DNA from: a virus
DNA: 64,000 bases
Virus record (IMG/VR): IMGVR_UViG_3300039239_000037
Span: 6,152-70,151 of that record
Reading direction: 5' to 3' (one strand)
Below are positions 28,710-40,130 of this stretch, piece after piece. The notes below the pieces were generated by a model, which did no database searches, was not told the DNA's origin, and saw only the letters and a list, made by a program, of their open reading frames with translations. How positions within the stretch are numbered: the first letter of the stretch is position 1; every line of letters starts with the position of its first letter. Position numbers and translations under genes: made by a program.

Positions 28710-29202
28710 GCGGCCACCGCTTCCCCGCCGAGCCAGCCGCGCTCCAGGCCGTACCGGAACAGCCGGTCGTAGGCCCGCGCGAGGCGCGCGACGGCAGGGT
28801 GGGGGCTGATGTACCGCTCCCCCGCCTCGTTCTCGAGCGTGTACGGCTCAAGCTTCTCCTCGAGCGCTTCCTTCTCGTCCTGCCATTCCGAGCGGGTCAC
28901 GGCGCGCCTCCTTCCCACGCGTCCCACGCTCGCAGCGCTTCTCCGCGGGCGACACGGGCGGCGTGATCCCGGGTGCGGAACGTGCCGAGGTCTTCGTGGC
29001 CGACGATCTGGAAGCGACGCGCCGGGGTGGTCCGGATTCGGACGGTCTCGCCGTCGGGGAAGACGACGCCCAGCGCCCGCCAGTAGACGCCGGACCGCTC
29101 GAACCGGGGGTACCAGTCGTCGCGGGCGAGGTTGGCGCGCATGGCGCCGAGACGGACGCCGGCGCGGCCGGGGGCGAAGGTGGCGAAGGTGGTGTCAGTC
29201 AT
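28706..29202 (-). CDS. Two small hypothetical genes (approx. 28706-28900, 28897-29202)
   Basis: Packed ORFs. Confidence 0.45.
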
Positions 29203-30445
29203 CGAGCTTGCCTTCCCTGATGGTGAAGCCGACCTGGCGGCTACCGTCGCGGTCGCGCTCCATGAGCACGGTGTAGCCGCGCTGCTCGGCGATCGCGCGG
29301 ACCCGTTCGAGGGAGGTGTCGTCGAGCATGTCGCCGGTGCGGATGATGACGAGCTTGATCTCGGGGTTCTCGGCGGTGGCGACGGCGAGGGCGACCTGGA
29401 GGCGGGCGGCAGTGTTGACCTGCCCGAACGGCACGCCGTCGAACGTGATGCCGGTCTCGTCCACGCCGAGGCCGGGGACGGGGAAGTTCGCGGCGGCGAG
29501 CCCGTCGCGCTTCTGCTGCTCGATCCGGTCGATGATCGCCTGCTGTGCCTCGTGGCGGGAGCGCGCGGCGTTCAGCTCACCCTCCAGCTTGAGGCGCTCG
29601 CGGGCCGCGCGGACGTTCGCGTTCACCGCGTCGACGGACGCGAGCTGCGTCTCGATCCCGGTGGTGTCCACGAGGGTCTGGGCCGCGTGCTCGCGGGCCT
29701 GGGCGAGCTGCGCGGTGAGGGCTTCGCGCTGGGCGCGAGCCTGCTCCAGCGCGGCGAGGAGGCGCTGCTCCTCGGCCTCCCACTGCCCGATTGCTTCCTC
29801 GATCGCGTTCGCCTGGCTCCGCGACTGCGTGATGGACGTGTTCCAGTCGCGGGCCTGCTGGAGGTCCGCGAGGAGGCCGAGGCTGGTGACCTCTTCGGTG
29901 GGCGTGCCGGCGGGGACCTCGGGGGCGCTGGCGAGGGCTCCTTCGAGGCGCTTGACGTCGCGGCCGGCTTCGCGGCGAGCGTCCTCGGCGTTGACCTTCT
30001 CGCGGTCGATGGCGTCGAGGTCGAACGGGAGGGAGACCTTGGCGAGCAGGGCGTCGCGCTGCTTGCGCGCGTCGAGGTTGAGGAAGGTCACGGGATCGAA
30101 GATGACGCCGCCGGTGAGCTTGGCGACGACGTCGGACGGCTTCGGGAAGCGCGTGCCGTCGAGGCTGACGACCTCCAGCTTGCCGCCGTCGTCCTTCTTC
30201 CAGGTGCGGGTGATGCGGATGCCGAGGTTGGTGTCGACGAACTCGGCGCGCGCCTCGTCCTCGCCGTCCCGGATGGGCTTCGGGGTGAGCTTGGTTCCGC
30301 GCGCGTCGAAGAGTTCGCAGATGCCGTCGATGAAGCTGGACTTGCCCGCTCCGTTGGCTCCGGCGATGACGACGAGGGATCCTTCCGGCTGGAGGGTGAT
30401 CTCCTGGACGCCCTTGTAGTTCTTGACGGTGAAGGTCTGGCTCAC
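29195..30445 (-). CDS. SMC/RecF-like P-loop ATPase with coiled coil
   Basis: GTG 30445 MSQTFTVKNYKG..., GANGAGKSS, a long coiled coil and a degenerate C-terminal ABC signature. Confidence 0.8.
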   Translation of the reverse strand: MSQTFTVKNYKGVQEITLQPEGSLVVIAGANGAGKSSFIDGICELFDARGTKLTPKPIRDGEDEARAEFVDTNLGIRITRTWKKDDGGKLEVVSLDGTRFPKPSDVVAKLTGGVIFDPVTFLNLDARKQRDALLAKVSLPFDLDAIDREKVNAEDARREAGRDVKRLEGALASAPEVPAGTPTEEVTSLGLLADLQQARDWNTSITQSRSQANAIEEAIGQWEAEEQRLLAALEQARAQREALTAQLAQAREHAAQTLVDTTGIETQLASVDAVNANVRAARERLKLEGELNAARSRHEAQQAIIDRIEQQKRDGLAAANFPVPGLGVDETGITFDGVPFGQVNTAARLQVALAVATAENPEIKLVIIRTGDMLDDTSLERVRAIAEQRGYTVLMERDRDGSRQVGFTIREGKLDD

Positions 30446-30732
30446 GGTGTGTTCTCCTGTTCTGCGTCGTACCAGATCGTGTACGTCTGGCCGGTGATGG
30501 TGGTGAGGTAGTCGCGGATCGCGGCGGCGGCGTCGAAGTCGGTCTCGAAGACGTCGAGTTCGTCGTCCCGCTCGATGCCGTAGTCGCTGTTCACGGGGGC
30601 GAAGACGCCGTGAGGCAGGGCGCCCTCGTAGGGGGTGAGGTCGACGGGTTCGCCGCTCGCGTCGACTAGCCAGATCGACCCGCCGAACGCGATGCGCTCC
30701 TCGCCGGTGCCGAGGTACTGTCGGGCGGTCAC
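30442..30732 (-). CDS. Hypothetical protein
   Basis: Starts [10 protein letters not shown]; 4-bp overlaps. Confidence 0.5.
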   Translation of the reverse strand: MTARQYLGTGEERIAFGGSIWLVDASGEPVDLTPYEGALPHGVFAPVNSDYGIERDDELDVFETDFDAAAAIRDYLTTITGQTYTIWYDAEQENTP

Positions 30733-31496
30733 TGGACGGCATCCCATCGGGTGGCGGTCGCCGTTCCGAGAGCGAACAGCGCATCGTACTGCGCCACCCA
30801 CACTTCCTGCGCCGCTTCATCCGCGTGCCAGTTCTGTCGCCGGTTCTCGACCTCCGCGCGCAGACTGTCGAGCATCCCCGTCCAGCAGCCGACGTTCAGC
30901 AGATGACCGGTCGCCGTCCGCACGAGCGTCGCAGTGACGTTCTCCGACCCGATCGGGCCGACGGCGATGTAGTCCCATGTCGACTCGACCTGGGCGTTGC
31001 CGAAGACCTGGGCGTTGCCGGAGACCGGGGCGTTGCCGTAGACCTGGGCGTTGCCGGAGACCCGGGCGTCGCCGGAGACCCGGGCGTTGCCGAAGACCTG
31101 GGCGTTGCCGAAGACCTGGGCGTTGCCGGAGACCCGGGCGTTGCCGAAGACCTGGGCGTTGCCGGAGACCTGGGCGTTGCCGGAGACCCGGGCGTCGCCG
31201 GAGACCCGGGCGTTGCCGAAGACCTGGGCGTTGCCGGAGACCCGGGCGTTGCCGAAGACCTGGGCGTTGCCGAAGACCTGGGCGTTGCCGGAGACCCAGG
31301 CGTTGCCGGAGACCCAGGCGTTGCCGGAGACCCGGGCGTTGCCGTTCGCCAGCTCGGCCGACTCGATCCATCCGCCGACGTCGCCGGCTTTCACTCCGGC
31401 GCGTGGGATGTCGCGCGTTGCGCGGATCTGCCGCACGGTGTAGCCGAACGGGTTGACCTTCTCGACACCTGTGAACTCGAAGCTGTAAGTGGTCAT
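30729..31496 (-). CDS. Hexapeptide-repeat (left-handed beta-helix-like) protein
   Basis: 20 consecutive G[ND]AxV[SFYE] repeats flanked by conserved-looking N- and C-terminal domains. Confidence 0.75.
   Translation of the reverse strand: MTTYSFEFTGVEKVNPFGYTVRQIRATRDIPRAGVKAGDVGGWIESAELANGNARVSGNAWVSGNAWVSGNAQVFGNAQVFGNARVSGNAQVFGNARVSGDARVSGNAQVSGNAQVFGNARVSGNAQVFGNAQVFGNARVSGDARVSGNAQVYGNAPVSGNAQVFGNAQVESTWDYIAVGPIGSENVTATLVRTATGHLLNVGCWTGMLDSLRAEVENRRQNWHADEAAQEVWVAQYDALFALGTATATRWDAVQ
30984..31343 (-). repeat. 18-bp coding tandem repeat, 20 copies
   Basis: Units such as GGCAACGCCCAGGTCTTC / GGCAACGCCCGGGTCTCC on the minus strand. Confidence 0.9.
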
Positions 31497-34400
31497 GTCA
31501 AACTCCATTCCTGCCCGGTCTCCGGGTCTCCGTCGTAGATGCGGCCGTCGTTGATGTAGACGCGGATCCGGCCGATGTCCGTGGGGGTGTCGATCTGCAC
31601 GATGAGGATGGGGGCCTCGGGGGTCTCGTCGTCGGAGCGCACCACGTCCTCCCCGCGCGGGGTCCAGTCGTAGGCGTAGAGGCTTTCGAGGCGGCCGAGG
31701 GGCTGGGCGCGGTCAGCCTTGATGGCGGCGCTGATCCACGCCACCACGTCCGCTTCATGGACGTCTCCCGCTTCGATCTTCTCGAAGGGTGCATACAGCG
31801 CGTCGAGCGCCCCTGCGCCCGCTTCCAGAACGGCGTTTGCGATCTCTTCGGGGGACTTCATCGGCTCAACTCCCCCTCGATGCGAATGACCCAGTCCTTG
31901 ATCTCCTCGACGTCGATGCGGAGGTCGTCGAGGTCGTATCCGTCGGCGCTGCCGTCGAGGGCTCGGTTCACGCGGTCGATGGTCTGCTCCATGTCGGAAA
32001 AGTGCATGGCGGTGTCGCCGGGGAGGTCGTCCCAAGTCAGGCTCATGCGGAGGCTCCTTCCGGATCGAGAGCGTCGAGGAGGGCCATGATCGCTGCGCCA
32101 CCGCCGTGCAGCGGCATGGTGATGTCGCCGTTCTTCGGGTCGCGCCAGATGCTCTTGCGCGCGTCCGCGATCAGGTCGGGGAGGTTGGCGGGAACGAGAG
32201 CGCTCACCTTGCGCACCTCTCGCACCTCCGCGCCGTTCTCGTAGACGCTCACCGACTGCCCCACCTCGTCGTCGTCCCACTCCTCGTGATGGGTGATCCG
32301 GCCGGTGGTCTTCGACAGTTCGATCAGGGCTTCGATCGCGTCGTCAGCCCGCCATTTGCTGTGCCCGCTGATCTTGATGACGCCGTCGGGGTCGGCGTCG
32401 CGCCCCTTGATCTCGTATCCGAGCGGACTCATGCGGTCCGGGAAGCCGACGCGAGTGTCGTCCTCGTCGCGGCCCTCCCAGATTTCCCCGTCGCGGGTGA
32501 GGGCATCCGGCAGGGTGTCGAGCGTGAGCGCGCCGGGGCGCTCGATGGTGATGACGTTCCAGGTGCTCATGCGTTCTCCTTCGTTTCGGGGGCCGCGACG
32601 ATGCCGGCGGCGTAGTTCAGGCCTGTGATGATCTGGCCTGCGGTGGGGTTGGATGCCCAGTGGCACGCTTCGTTCAGCGTGAACGCGCGCATGAAGGTGC
32701 TGCGGTCGAGGCGAATCTTCTTGGCATCCGCCCATGCGGCCGGATGCTGGCTCTCGGCGGCGTTGGCGATCCGGGCGCGCTCCTCGGTGGACAGGCTGGG
32801 GAACAGCGCGAGCGCGTCGAACAGACGTGCGGCGTCGTCGTGGTGCAGGCTCACCGCTCAGGCCTCCCGCTCGACGACGAACCGGTTCGGGTCGTCCGGG
32901 TCACCGAACAGGAAGCCGTCCGCTTCGTGCCAGTCGCTCACGTCGAGGTCAGCGGCGATCTGGTCGAGCGCGTCATAACGACCCTGGTCGTCCGCCCCGT
33001 CCGCCCAGTCCTCGGGGTAGTGGTCGGTGCCGTCGGGGTCGCGGTAGGCCACGACGGAGAGGCGCGGCGGGTCCGCGTCGTTCAGTTCGATGACGAGGGC
33101 GGCGATTCCCTCCGGCATGAGGCGGATCATCTCGGCCTGCGCGAGGTCGCGGAAGTCTTCTTGTGCGCGCCAGTAGCTCGCGCGCTCGGCCTCGTAGGTA
33201 GCGCTCGGTTCGATGGTCACGGGGTCACGCTCCATTCGGCCACGGGGCGGCCCTCGATCTTCTGGACGCCGCTCGACGGCGGCGGGGTGAGGCCGTCCAC
33301 GTTGTTCGCGAAGTGGTCCGCGACAGCATGCAAAACGGCGGCGATCTGGTCGCCCGACTCGGCGGCGGGCATCGTGAGGGTGAATGCGGGGGCGCTCATG
33401 CGGGGGTCTCCTGTTCTGTGAAGCGAGCGAGGCGGGTGAGGACGCGGCGGGCGTGGTCGGCGTGGTCGGGCGTGAACGTGGCGATGCCGAGGGCGGGGAG
33501 GATACCCACGGTGCTCTTCCAGTGGGTGAGGATGTAGCGGGCGGCTACGGGACTCCATCCCGATCGCGTGGCTTCGCGGTGCCAAAGGAGGATCGGGTTC
33601 GGCTCGTTGTGCTGGGGGTGGTCGTACTCGGGGCGGGGGTCGAAGGTGACCGGGTGGGTCCGCGGGTTGTCTTCCGCGTGCTCGTAGCGCTCGAAGTCGG
33701 GGGCGCTGCTCGCGTACGGCTCGGGGTCGCTGTTGAGGTCGTGGGGCGTCTTGCTGGCGAACATCATGCGAGCACCGCCGCCCCGTCGCCGCTCAGCACG
33801 GCGGCGGACTCCTTCGCGTACTGGCGGCGAAGCCACGAGTCGGGCCGGTCGATGACGCGCTGAGTGGACGGCAACCCGGCGCGCTCGGCCTTGCGCGCTC
33901 GGGCGCGCTCGCGCTCCTCCTTCTCGGCGACCACTGCCGCCCAGGGGCGGCAGTGGCGATAGACCCCACCCTCGACGGGTTCGCCCGCGAAGTAGCGGCG
34001 CGCGTCCTCGTAGAGCTTGCCGAAACGACCTTCAGGGCGAATGGACAACATAGCCTCGCGCTTGGTGCTGAACGACTCGGCGGGGTAGGTGGAATCGGTG
34101 TGGATGCGAACCTGCCAGCGCACGCGCGACCCTTGCTGAACGCGCGTCACGCGCCACGACTCGGGCGGGTTTGCCGCGTGCTGTTCCGGCGTGCTGAACG
34201 TTGCAGAGCCCATTACGCGCTCACCCTCAGGCGGCGGGCGATCCACTCGGCGGCGAACTCCGCGAAGGTCACCGCGGCGTCATCGCGGGCGTAGTAGGCG
34301 TCGGCGGGCACCTCGAGCCCGGTCTCCTCCTCGCGCTCGCATGCGGCGGCGAAGTCGGCTTCGGCCTCGCGCCACGCCTGCAGGGCCTTGCGCATGTCGG

Positions 34401-34964
34401 CGTTGGCATCCTCGGAGGTCTCGCGGACGGTGAGGGGTTCGGCCCGGGCGCCGGTGTCGTATGGGGTGAGTGCGTGGGTGCTCATCGTGCGTTCTCCTTC
34501 TCGGTGAGGGCTTGCAGGACCGCGGCCACCGCGCGGCGGCGGCATTCGGTCACGGTGTCGGGTTCGGTGCCGTCGTAGGGGAAGTGCTCCGCGGCGATCC
34601 GCTCCGCGCGAGCGCGGCTCTCGGCGTCCGTGGTCTTCGGGTGGATGGTGACGAGCGTTCCCTCGTACTGTGAGCCGGTTTCGGCTTCGACGTACCATTC
34701 TTCGCTCGGCTCGCTAGCGAAGTAGCCGCCGCCTTTCGCGGTATCGGTGATCGTGATGACATGCCCGAGCATGCCGGCTTCCAGCCAGCTCGGGCCGATG
34801 AGCTGGACGTGGTCGCCCGGGGTGAATTGATCCGTGCCCGTGGCGACGGCGTGGACCGCGCGCCGTTGCGGGGGCGTGAGGGTCAGCGCGGCAATCGCGG
34901 CGTTGTGCTCGGCGGTGCGGGCGTTGAAGGTTTCGCGGGCGTTGGGGGCGTAGTGCGTGGTCAC
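31493..34964 (-). CDS. Cluster of about ten small early genes (31493-31861, 31858-32046, 32043-32570, 32567-32854, 32858-33235, 33217-33399, 33396-33767, 33764-34213, 34213-34485, 34482-34964)
   Basis: Tightly overlapping ORFs with AGGAG-type RBSs; no recognisable functions. Confidence 0.55.
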
Positions 34965-35059
34965 GGTGTGGTGTCCAATCTCGGCGTGTGCCGTATACGT
35001 GTATCTAGTTTGACGGTCTTTGGTACGCACCACAAGAGGCGCGCGGGGGTTTTTGCGTG

Positions 35060-36772
35060 CTAACGGCGGCCGGGGTGAGTGGACGCAGCGACCGCCGGCC
35101 AAAGGAGGTCACCGAACGGCACGCGGTTGAGGGGCCGACCCGTGACGCTCACGTTCTGGGGGTGCGGGTCGCGCAGGTGGAGGGCAATGAGGTCACCGCT
35201 CACGGGGTACTCGCTCGGCTCGGCGGCGAATGAGCGCGGGTCGGGGTCGGCGATGACGTGCCCGCTCACGCGCTCACCTCCTGCCGGAACACGTGGACGT
35301 AGGCTCGATCTTCATCCTTGACCGTGAACGTCCGACCGTCCGCGAGAAACACGGTGACATCGAATTTCTCGCCGTGGGCGGAAATGTCGGGGTGCTCCGT
35401 GTGGGTGTAGTTTCCGTTCTCGCCCGCCTGCCAGCCGAGGTCTCGGGGGCCGTAGTCGAAGTGCCCGCGGTCCTCCGTGAATCCGGCGAGCGTGCCGACG
35501 TAGGTCCGCGCGTCCAGCCGGGTCGCGCCGGTCGGGCCGAAGTCACGGCGTGCGTAGTGGTCGATCATTACGAGTTTGCCGACGTGCTCGGGCATGAGCG
35601 TGGCCTCATCGAACCAGAATCCATCATGAACGACGGTGCGGGCGGTAGCGTTCACGCGGCGACCCCCTCGGGTGCGGTGCCGTCGAGCATGGCGGGGAGG
35701 TTGGGCGTGCCGTACTCGAAACCGGCGGCGGTCTCACGGGCGTAGGTCTCGCCGTAGTGGCCCCAGCATTCGATCTGGATATCCCAGGTGTCGCCGTCCG
35801 GGGTGACGTCCCGCAGGCTCACGGGCGTTTCGTTCGTGGTGCGGGTGGGCATGGTGGCATACCCGACGCCGAACACGTCACCTTCCATGTACGCGGCCCA
35901 GGTCGCGCGGTCTCCGTCGAGATAGGCCGCGTCGAGCGCCGGATCGGTGCCGAGTGCGGGGGTGCCCATGTCGGCGCGATAGCCGGGGGTGTCGAAGATC
36001 AGCACGCGGCCATCCACGCCGTAGGACGCGCCGCGCCGGTCGATCTCGACAACCTGCGTGCCGTGGAAGATGCGGAGCCAACGGGCGAGAATGTCGGTCT
36101 GTTGCACGCGGCGCGGGGCGTACTCGTAGCGCGGGAGCAAGTAGCCGGGGTTCGTGTCGCTGTTCGGTCGGTGGGTCACGCGGTATGCGAACCGTTCGAG
36201 CGCGTCGGCGTAGCGCTCCGCGATGTTCTCCGCGTCGTCGTCCTGCCAGGTGTGGCCCGCGGGGCTCACGGTGTAGGCGCTGCGGTACTCGATCCAGAAT
36301 GCCGGCGCGTCGGCGTCGCCGTCCGGGGCGTCGGCCATGTCGTCGCGCTGAATCACGGCGAGAATGCGCGGGTCGGACGTTTCGGCGTACTGCGTCGAAT
36401 ATTCGTCGTCGTCGTGCTGCCAGGGGCCGACGATGGCCGGGGCGCTCACAGGGTCACCGCCACGTCGTCGCTGGGGGCCATGGGTGCGGGGAGGATGACG
36501 GCCCAATCGAACGCGTCGCCGCGCGGGCCGCGGGAGTGCAGCGTGACAGTGGCGGCGGGGTTGATCTTGCGCGCGAGGGCAAGCGCTCCCGCGCGGTGGG
36601 CATCCTCGACTGTCCCGATCGGGACCGTTCCGGTCTGCGTCTGCGTCGTGAGGGTGCGGGGCCGGGTTGGGCCGTGCGTGCGGGCGCGGACCTTCCAATC
36701 CGGGCGGGCGTCGGTTCCGATCCGGTAGGGGGCCGTGATCGTGGCGGTGTCGGGCGTGTGCGTCGTGTTCAT
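35060..36772 (-). CDS. Four early hypothetical genes (35060-35269, 35266-35655, 35652-36449, 36446-36772)
   Basis: Packed ORFs with overlapping start/stop codons. Confidence 0.5.
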
Positions 36773-36827
36773 GGGTGCTCTTTCTGTGAGGGTGACGCGG
36801 GCGCGTGTGGGAGGGTCGGGGGCCGGG

Positions 36828-37505
36828 TTACCGGACGTTGAGCATCGGCTGAAGCATGGTCACCATGCGCTCCCCGAGCGTGGCGCGAACGGGGGCGTTC
36901 TTGTGACTCCTGCGGGGGTCCGGGAGCTGAAACCGCCATGCGGCGTTTCTGCCGACGACGCGCGCCAGGGCCTTACCGGCCTTGACGAGCTGATCCAGAC
37001 GGTCGGTACCGATAGCGAACGGCGACACCTCCACGGCGTCTGCGGACGGCTCGGAAATGAGACGTTCGACGGGCGGGAAGTTGAGATGCATGGGCTCGAA
37101 TTCGAGCGCCGATTCCACGTCATCCGGCGACCAATTGACCGTCACGGACCCGGCCGTGATGTTCAGTACCTGCCCGCCTGTCGGCTTGAGCTTGCCGACC
37201 CATTCGACCGCCTCGCGCGGGAGCAGAACGGCGAAATCGGGGAGCGTCGGGCCGTCCTCCCCGTGGCGAGACACACTCTCGTCGTACGTCGTGTGTTCGT
37301 AGCGTGCAATCGCGTAGCGATCGGTCGCGGTGAGGTAGCGCTGACTCACCCGGACCGTGGTGAGGACGAGCGAAACGGCGTCCTTACTCGCGAACGGGAG
37401 GACGGCGCGGAATGCGGCGGTGAGGTCCGCGGTGAGGGGAAGGGCGATGCACTCCCCTGCCGTGGTCGCGGACTCGGGAGCGGTGAGGGTGGCGGTAGCG
37501 CTCAT
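36828..37505 (-). CDS. DNA polymerase III beta-clamp (DnaN)-like protein
   Basis: AVLPFASKD...LTTVRV...LTATDRYAIA and NFPPVERLI resemble DnaN domain II/III motifs; only 225 aa. Confidence 0.65.
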   Translation of the reverse strand: MSATATLTAPESATTAGECIALPLTADLTAAFRAVLPFASKDAVSLVLTTVRVSQRYLTATDRYAIARYEHTTYDESVSRHGEDGPTLPDFAVLLPREAVEWVGKLKPTGGQVLNITAGSVTVNWSPDDVESALEFEPMHLNFPPVERLISEPSADAVEVSPFAIGTDRLDQLVKAGKALARVVGRNAAWRFQLPDPRRSHKNAPVRATLGERMVTMLQPMLNVR

Positions 37506-37589
37506 GGGGTGCCTCTTTCGTGGGCGGTGGGTGTTGAGATAGTTAGGCGGGGGGTGTGCGGGGGCGTGGGGGCCGTTGCACGTATTCTG

Positions 37590-37870
37590 CGAGAGGGTGT
37601 CTGAAATGGTGTCTCAAGGGGGTGTACGTCTCACGGAATTGAACCGGATATACGGGCCTTTGGTGCGGATTCTTGAGACGTATTGAGGGTTGGTGCACGG
37701 TTTTAGGGGTGGTGTCACCAAATATGTATTTGGTTCCCCGGAATCATGCGGAAAAAGTCAGATTCTGAGTTTGACTTAGACTATGAATGTATATATGTAT
37801 TATCGTCTAATACTGGAATACACACTCTAGGTAGTGGGGTGTGAGAGGGCCGTTTCCTATGAGTCGGAGA
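37590..37870. other. AT-rich non-coding region with inverted repeats (candidate origin, genome end or early promoter)
   Basis: Includes ACGTCTCA...TGAGACGT, CCAAATA-TG-TATTTGG and TTAGAC-TATGAATGTATATATGTATTATC-GTCTAA. Confidence 0.6.
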
Positions 37871-37904
37871 TAGCTAGGTTCGGGGCGTGCTCGGGGTGGC
37901 CGAG

Positions 37905-38854
37905 CTAGACGAACCGGGGGCGACCGGACACGGTGACAGGCTGGGCGTGCTTCACGGCACGGGCGCGGCGTCGGCTGAGGGTGTTCTGTCGGGCGGTGCG
38001 GGTGCGGGTGTTGTCGCGGGTGTTGTTCGGGGTGCTCATGGGGGTGTCTCCTGTCTGGGTTGGTTTGGTGGGGTCAGCGTTCGATGAATCGGAGGTCGGA
38101 GCCGGTGCGGGCGTCGGGGTTTTCGCGACGAACGCGCACGCGATGACCGGGGCCACGTTCTCCGCGCATGTCCATTTCGTCGCGGATGAGTGCGCGGGCG
38201 ATCCGTTCGGGGTTGTCGCGGTCGGCGGGGATGACGGCGTGCCATGTGCCGCACCCGTCCGCGTAGGCGTAGGGCGTGTTCGCTGCTTTGCGTTCGCGGT
38301 TGTGGGGGTCAAGTCTTTCCGCGGTTCGTTCGGGCGTGGGGTAAGCGGTGGGGGCGGCCATTGTGTGTCCTTTTGCGTGCTATCGGGTCTACAGGAACAG
38401 GTACGCGAGGGGGACGATGCTCAGGAGCGCGGTGACGCTCAGGCATGCGAGCCAGTCGCCTAGGGTGCGGGGGATGAGGGGGGTGCGGGAGGTCATCGCG
38501 GGGGCTGCGCTAGTAGGCGCATTCGGGGGCGTAGGCCGACACAAGCGCACGGGATTCAATGGTGCCACGGGCCAAACCGTACACGAATGACGCCAAGTCC
38601 ATACACGCGGTGCGTACGGCGGCGAGGGCGTACCCGTTGGGCATGCCGGCGACCTCCGTCAGGTGGAGGACTTCGCGGGCTACACGAATGCGTTCCCTTA
38701 GTTGGGTTTCCCGTTCGGCGCGGAGCTCAGCGACGATGCGGGTGGGGCGTCGCCTGGCATGCGCTCGCACCAACACGGGGCATTCGGGAGCTAGCTCAAC
38801 CGAATGGGTCACATTGAGGGTAATCGGGCGGTCGAGTACAATGACAGTCATCAT
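37905..38854 (-). CDS. Small leftward early genes (approx. 37905-38039, 38074-38361, 38510-38854)
   Basis: RBS-preceded short ORFs in a G/T-skewed region. Confidence 0.45.
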
Positions 38855-39059
38855 TCAGTCCTTACCTGGATGGTCATGCCCCCGGCCGGTTGCACCCGGT
38901 GCGGGGGTCTCTCTGTACCTAAAGTGTACCACAGAACGCGGCATCTGATACACCGAAATAGCCAGGTCAGACCAGAAAACCACTCGAATTCTGACCCACC
39001 AGAACAGGGCAAGGTACCGCCGGGCTGCACCCGCACACAAGCCACCCCCTCCCCCGGAT

Positions 39060-39407
39060 TCAGCCCCCTGTGGCCCCGCTCCTGCGAGCCTTCTCGTCGC
39101 GCACCCACTGCCTTACCGCCTGGATGCTCGCACCGAGGGCCTCACTCACCTCTCGCGGGGTCATGCCCTCGTCGAGAACCATCGCGGCTCCGCGCAGCCG
39201 ATCCTCCAGGGTCGACTGACGGGACTTCGCTGGCCGCTCGTTCACCCAGGACTGCAGCGTCGCCGCGGGCATGCCGAACTCGCGCGCGACTGGCCTCACG
39301 AAGCCCGCCCTCCCGGGATAACCCTGGGATCCACCCACCGCCTCCAGCTCGCGCACACGCGCCACCGCCGCGGCCCTGAATTCCGCCGAATACCGCGTCC
39401 TACCCAT
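39060..39407 (-). CDS. Double-HTH protein, IS3 OrfA (HTH_Tnp_1)-like
   Basis: MGRTRYSAEFRAAAVARV...VAREFGMPAATLQSW plus a second HTH PREVSEALGASIQAVRQW; no adjacent transposase. Confidence 0.65.
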   Translation of the reverse strand: MGRTRYSAEFRAAAVARVRELEAVGGSQGYPGRAGFVRPVAREFGMPAATLQSWVNERPAKSRQSTLEDRLRGAAMVLDEGMTPREVSEALGASIQAVRQWVRDEKARRSGATGG

Positions 39408-39518
39408 ACGCCTATCAGACCACGCCCCGAAACCCCTCACCAGACACCGACACCCCACCCCCGTTCCACCGCCAGAAGATTTTCCTCCCCAGAAACCCGC
39501 ACCCACTACCCTGTGCCC

Positions 39519-39776
39519 ATGAGCTCGAGCACCCCCGCCGGCTGGTACCCAGACCCGAAGCACCCCACCCAGCCGTGGACCAACAAGGCCCTCATCCCCC
39601 AGCGCTACTTCGACGGCACCGACTGGACCGACCACGTCCAACTCCCCCGCCCCGTCGCACCCACCGACCCCGGCCAATACACCGGCAGCGCCTCCAAGGC
39701 GATCGGGATCCTCGCAGGCATCGCCGCCGTCCCCATCGTCATCGCCCTCATCGCGATCCTGGCCACACCCCGCTGA
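39519..39776 (+). CDS. DUF2510-like membrane protein
   Basis: PAGWYPDP...RYFDGTDWT motif and a C-terminal TM helix. Confidence 0.7.
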   Translation: MSSSTPAGWYPDPKHPTQPWTNKALIPQRYFDGTDWTDHVQLPRPVAPTDPGQYTGSASKAIGILAGIAAVPIVIALIAILATPR

Positions 39777-39850
39777 GACCCGCGCGACACCCACCCACAC
39801 GCCACCCTCAGCCCAGCCACCGCGAACACGTATACCCCCACACCCCGCCC

Positions 39851-39864
39851 TAGACTCCGCCCCA
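39851..39864 (+). promoter_or_regulatory. TAGACT-type promoter at the start of the rightward arm
   Basis: TAGACTCCGCCCAC. Confidence 0.45.
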
Positions 39865-40077
39865 CGGCCCCCGGCACGCTGCTCCTCTCCAGTGCGCCGG
39901 GGGTCGACCACGTTCAGACGCCAACGCCCCATGCGGCCCACGAGAACCCCAGACGCACCTAGGCGCGTCCCAGCCGACCGAGGTCGCTCCCTCCCAGCCC
40001 TACCGCGCCGCCAGGCCCCTCCCCCGCGTACCAAAAACCCCTCAAATTGGTGCAGAACCGGGGTGAAAAGCTCTCGA

Positions 40078-40130
40078 TTAGTACGCAAAACACCGCTAGT
40101 GTTAAACGTGTAAGGCCGGTAGCACACAAA
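40078..40130. promoter_or_regulatory. Pair of operator-like motifs flanking a TAGTGT -10-like hexamer
   Basis: TTAGTACGCAAA 40078-40089 and GTAGCACACAAA 40119-40130 around TAGTGT 40097-40102. Confidence 0.5.

Noticed and set aside
30984-31343. CRISPR array
   Set aside because: The repeats are contiguous 18-bp in-frame coding units with no unique spacers.
39060-39407. Active IS3-family insertion sequence
   Set aside because: No DDE transposase ORF, frameshift partner or terminal inverted repeats were found.
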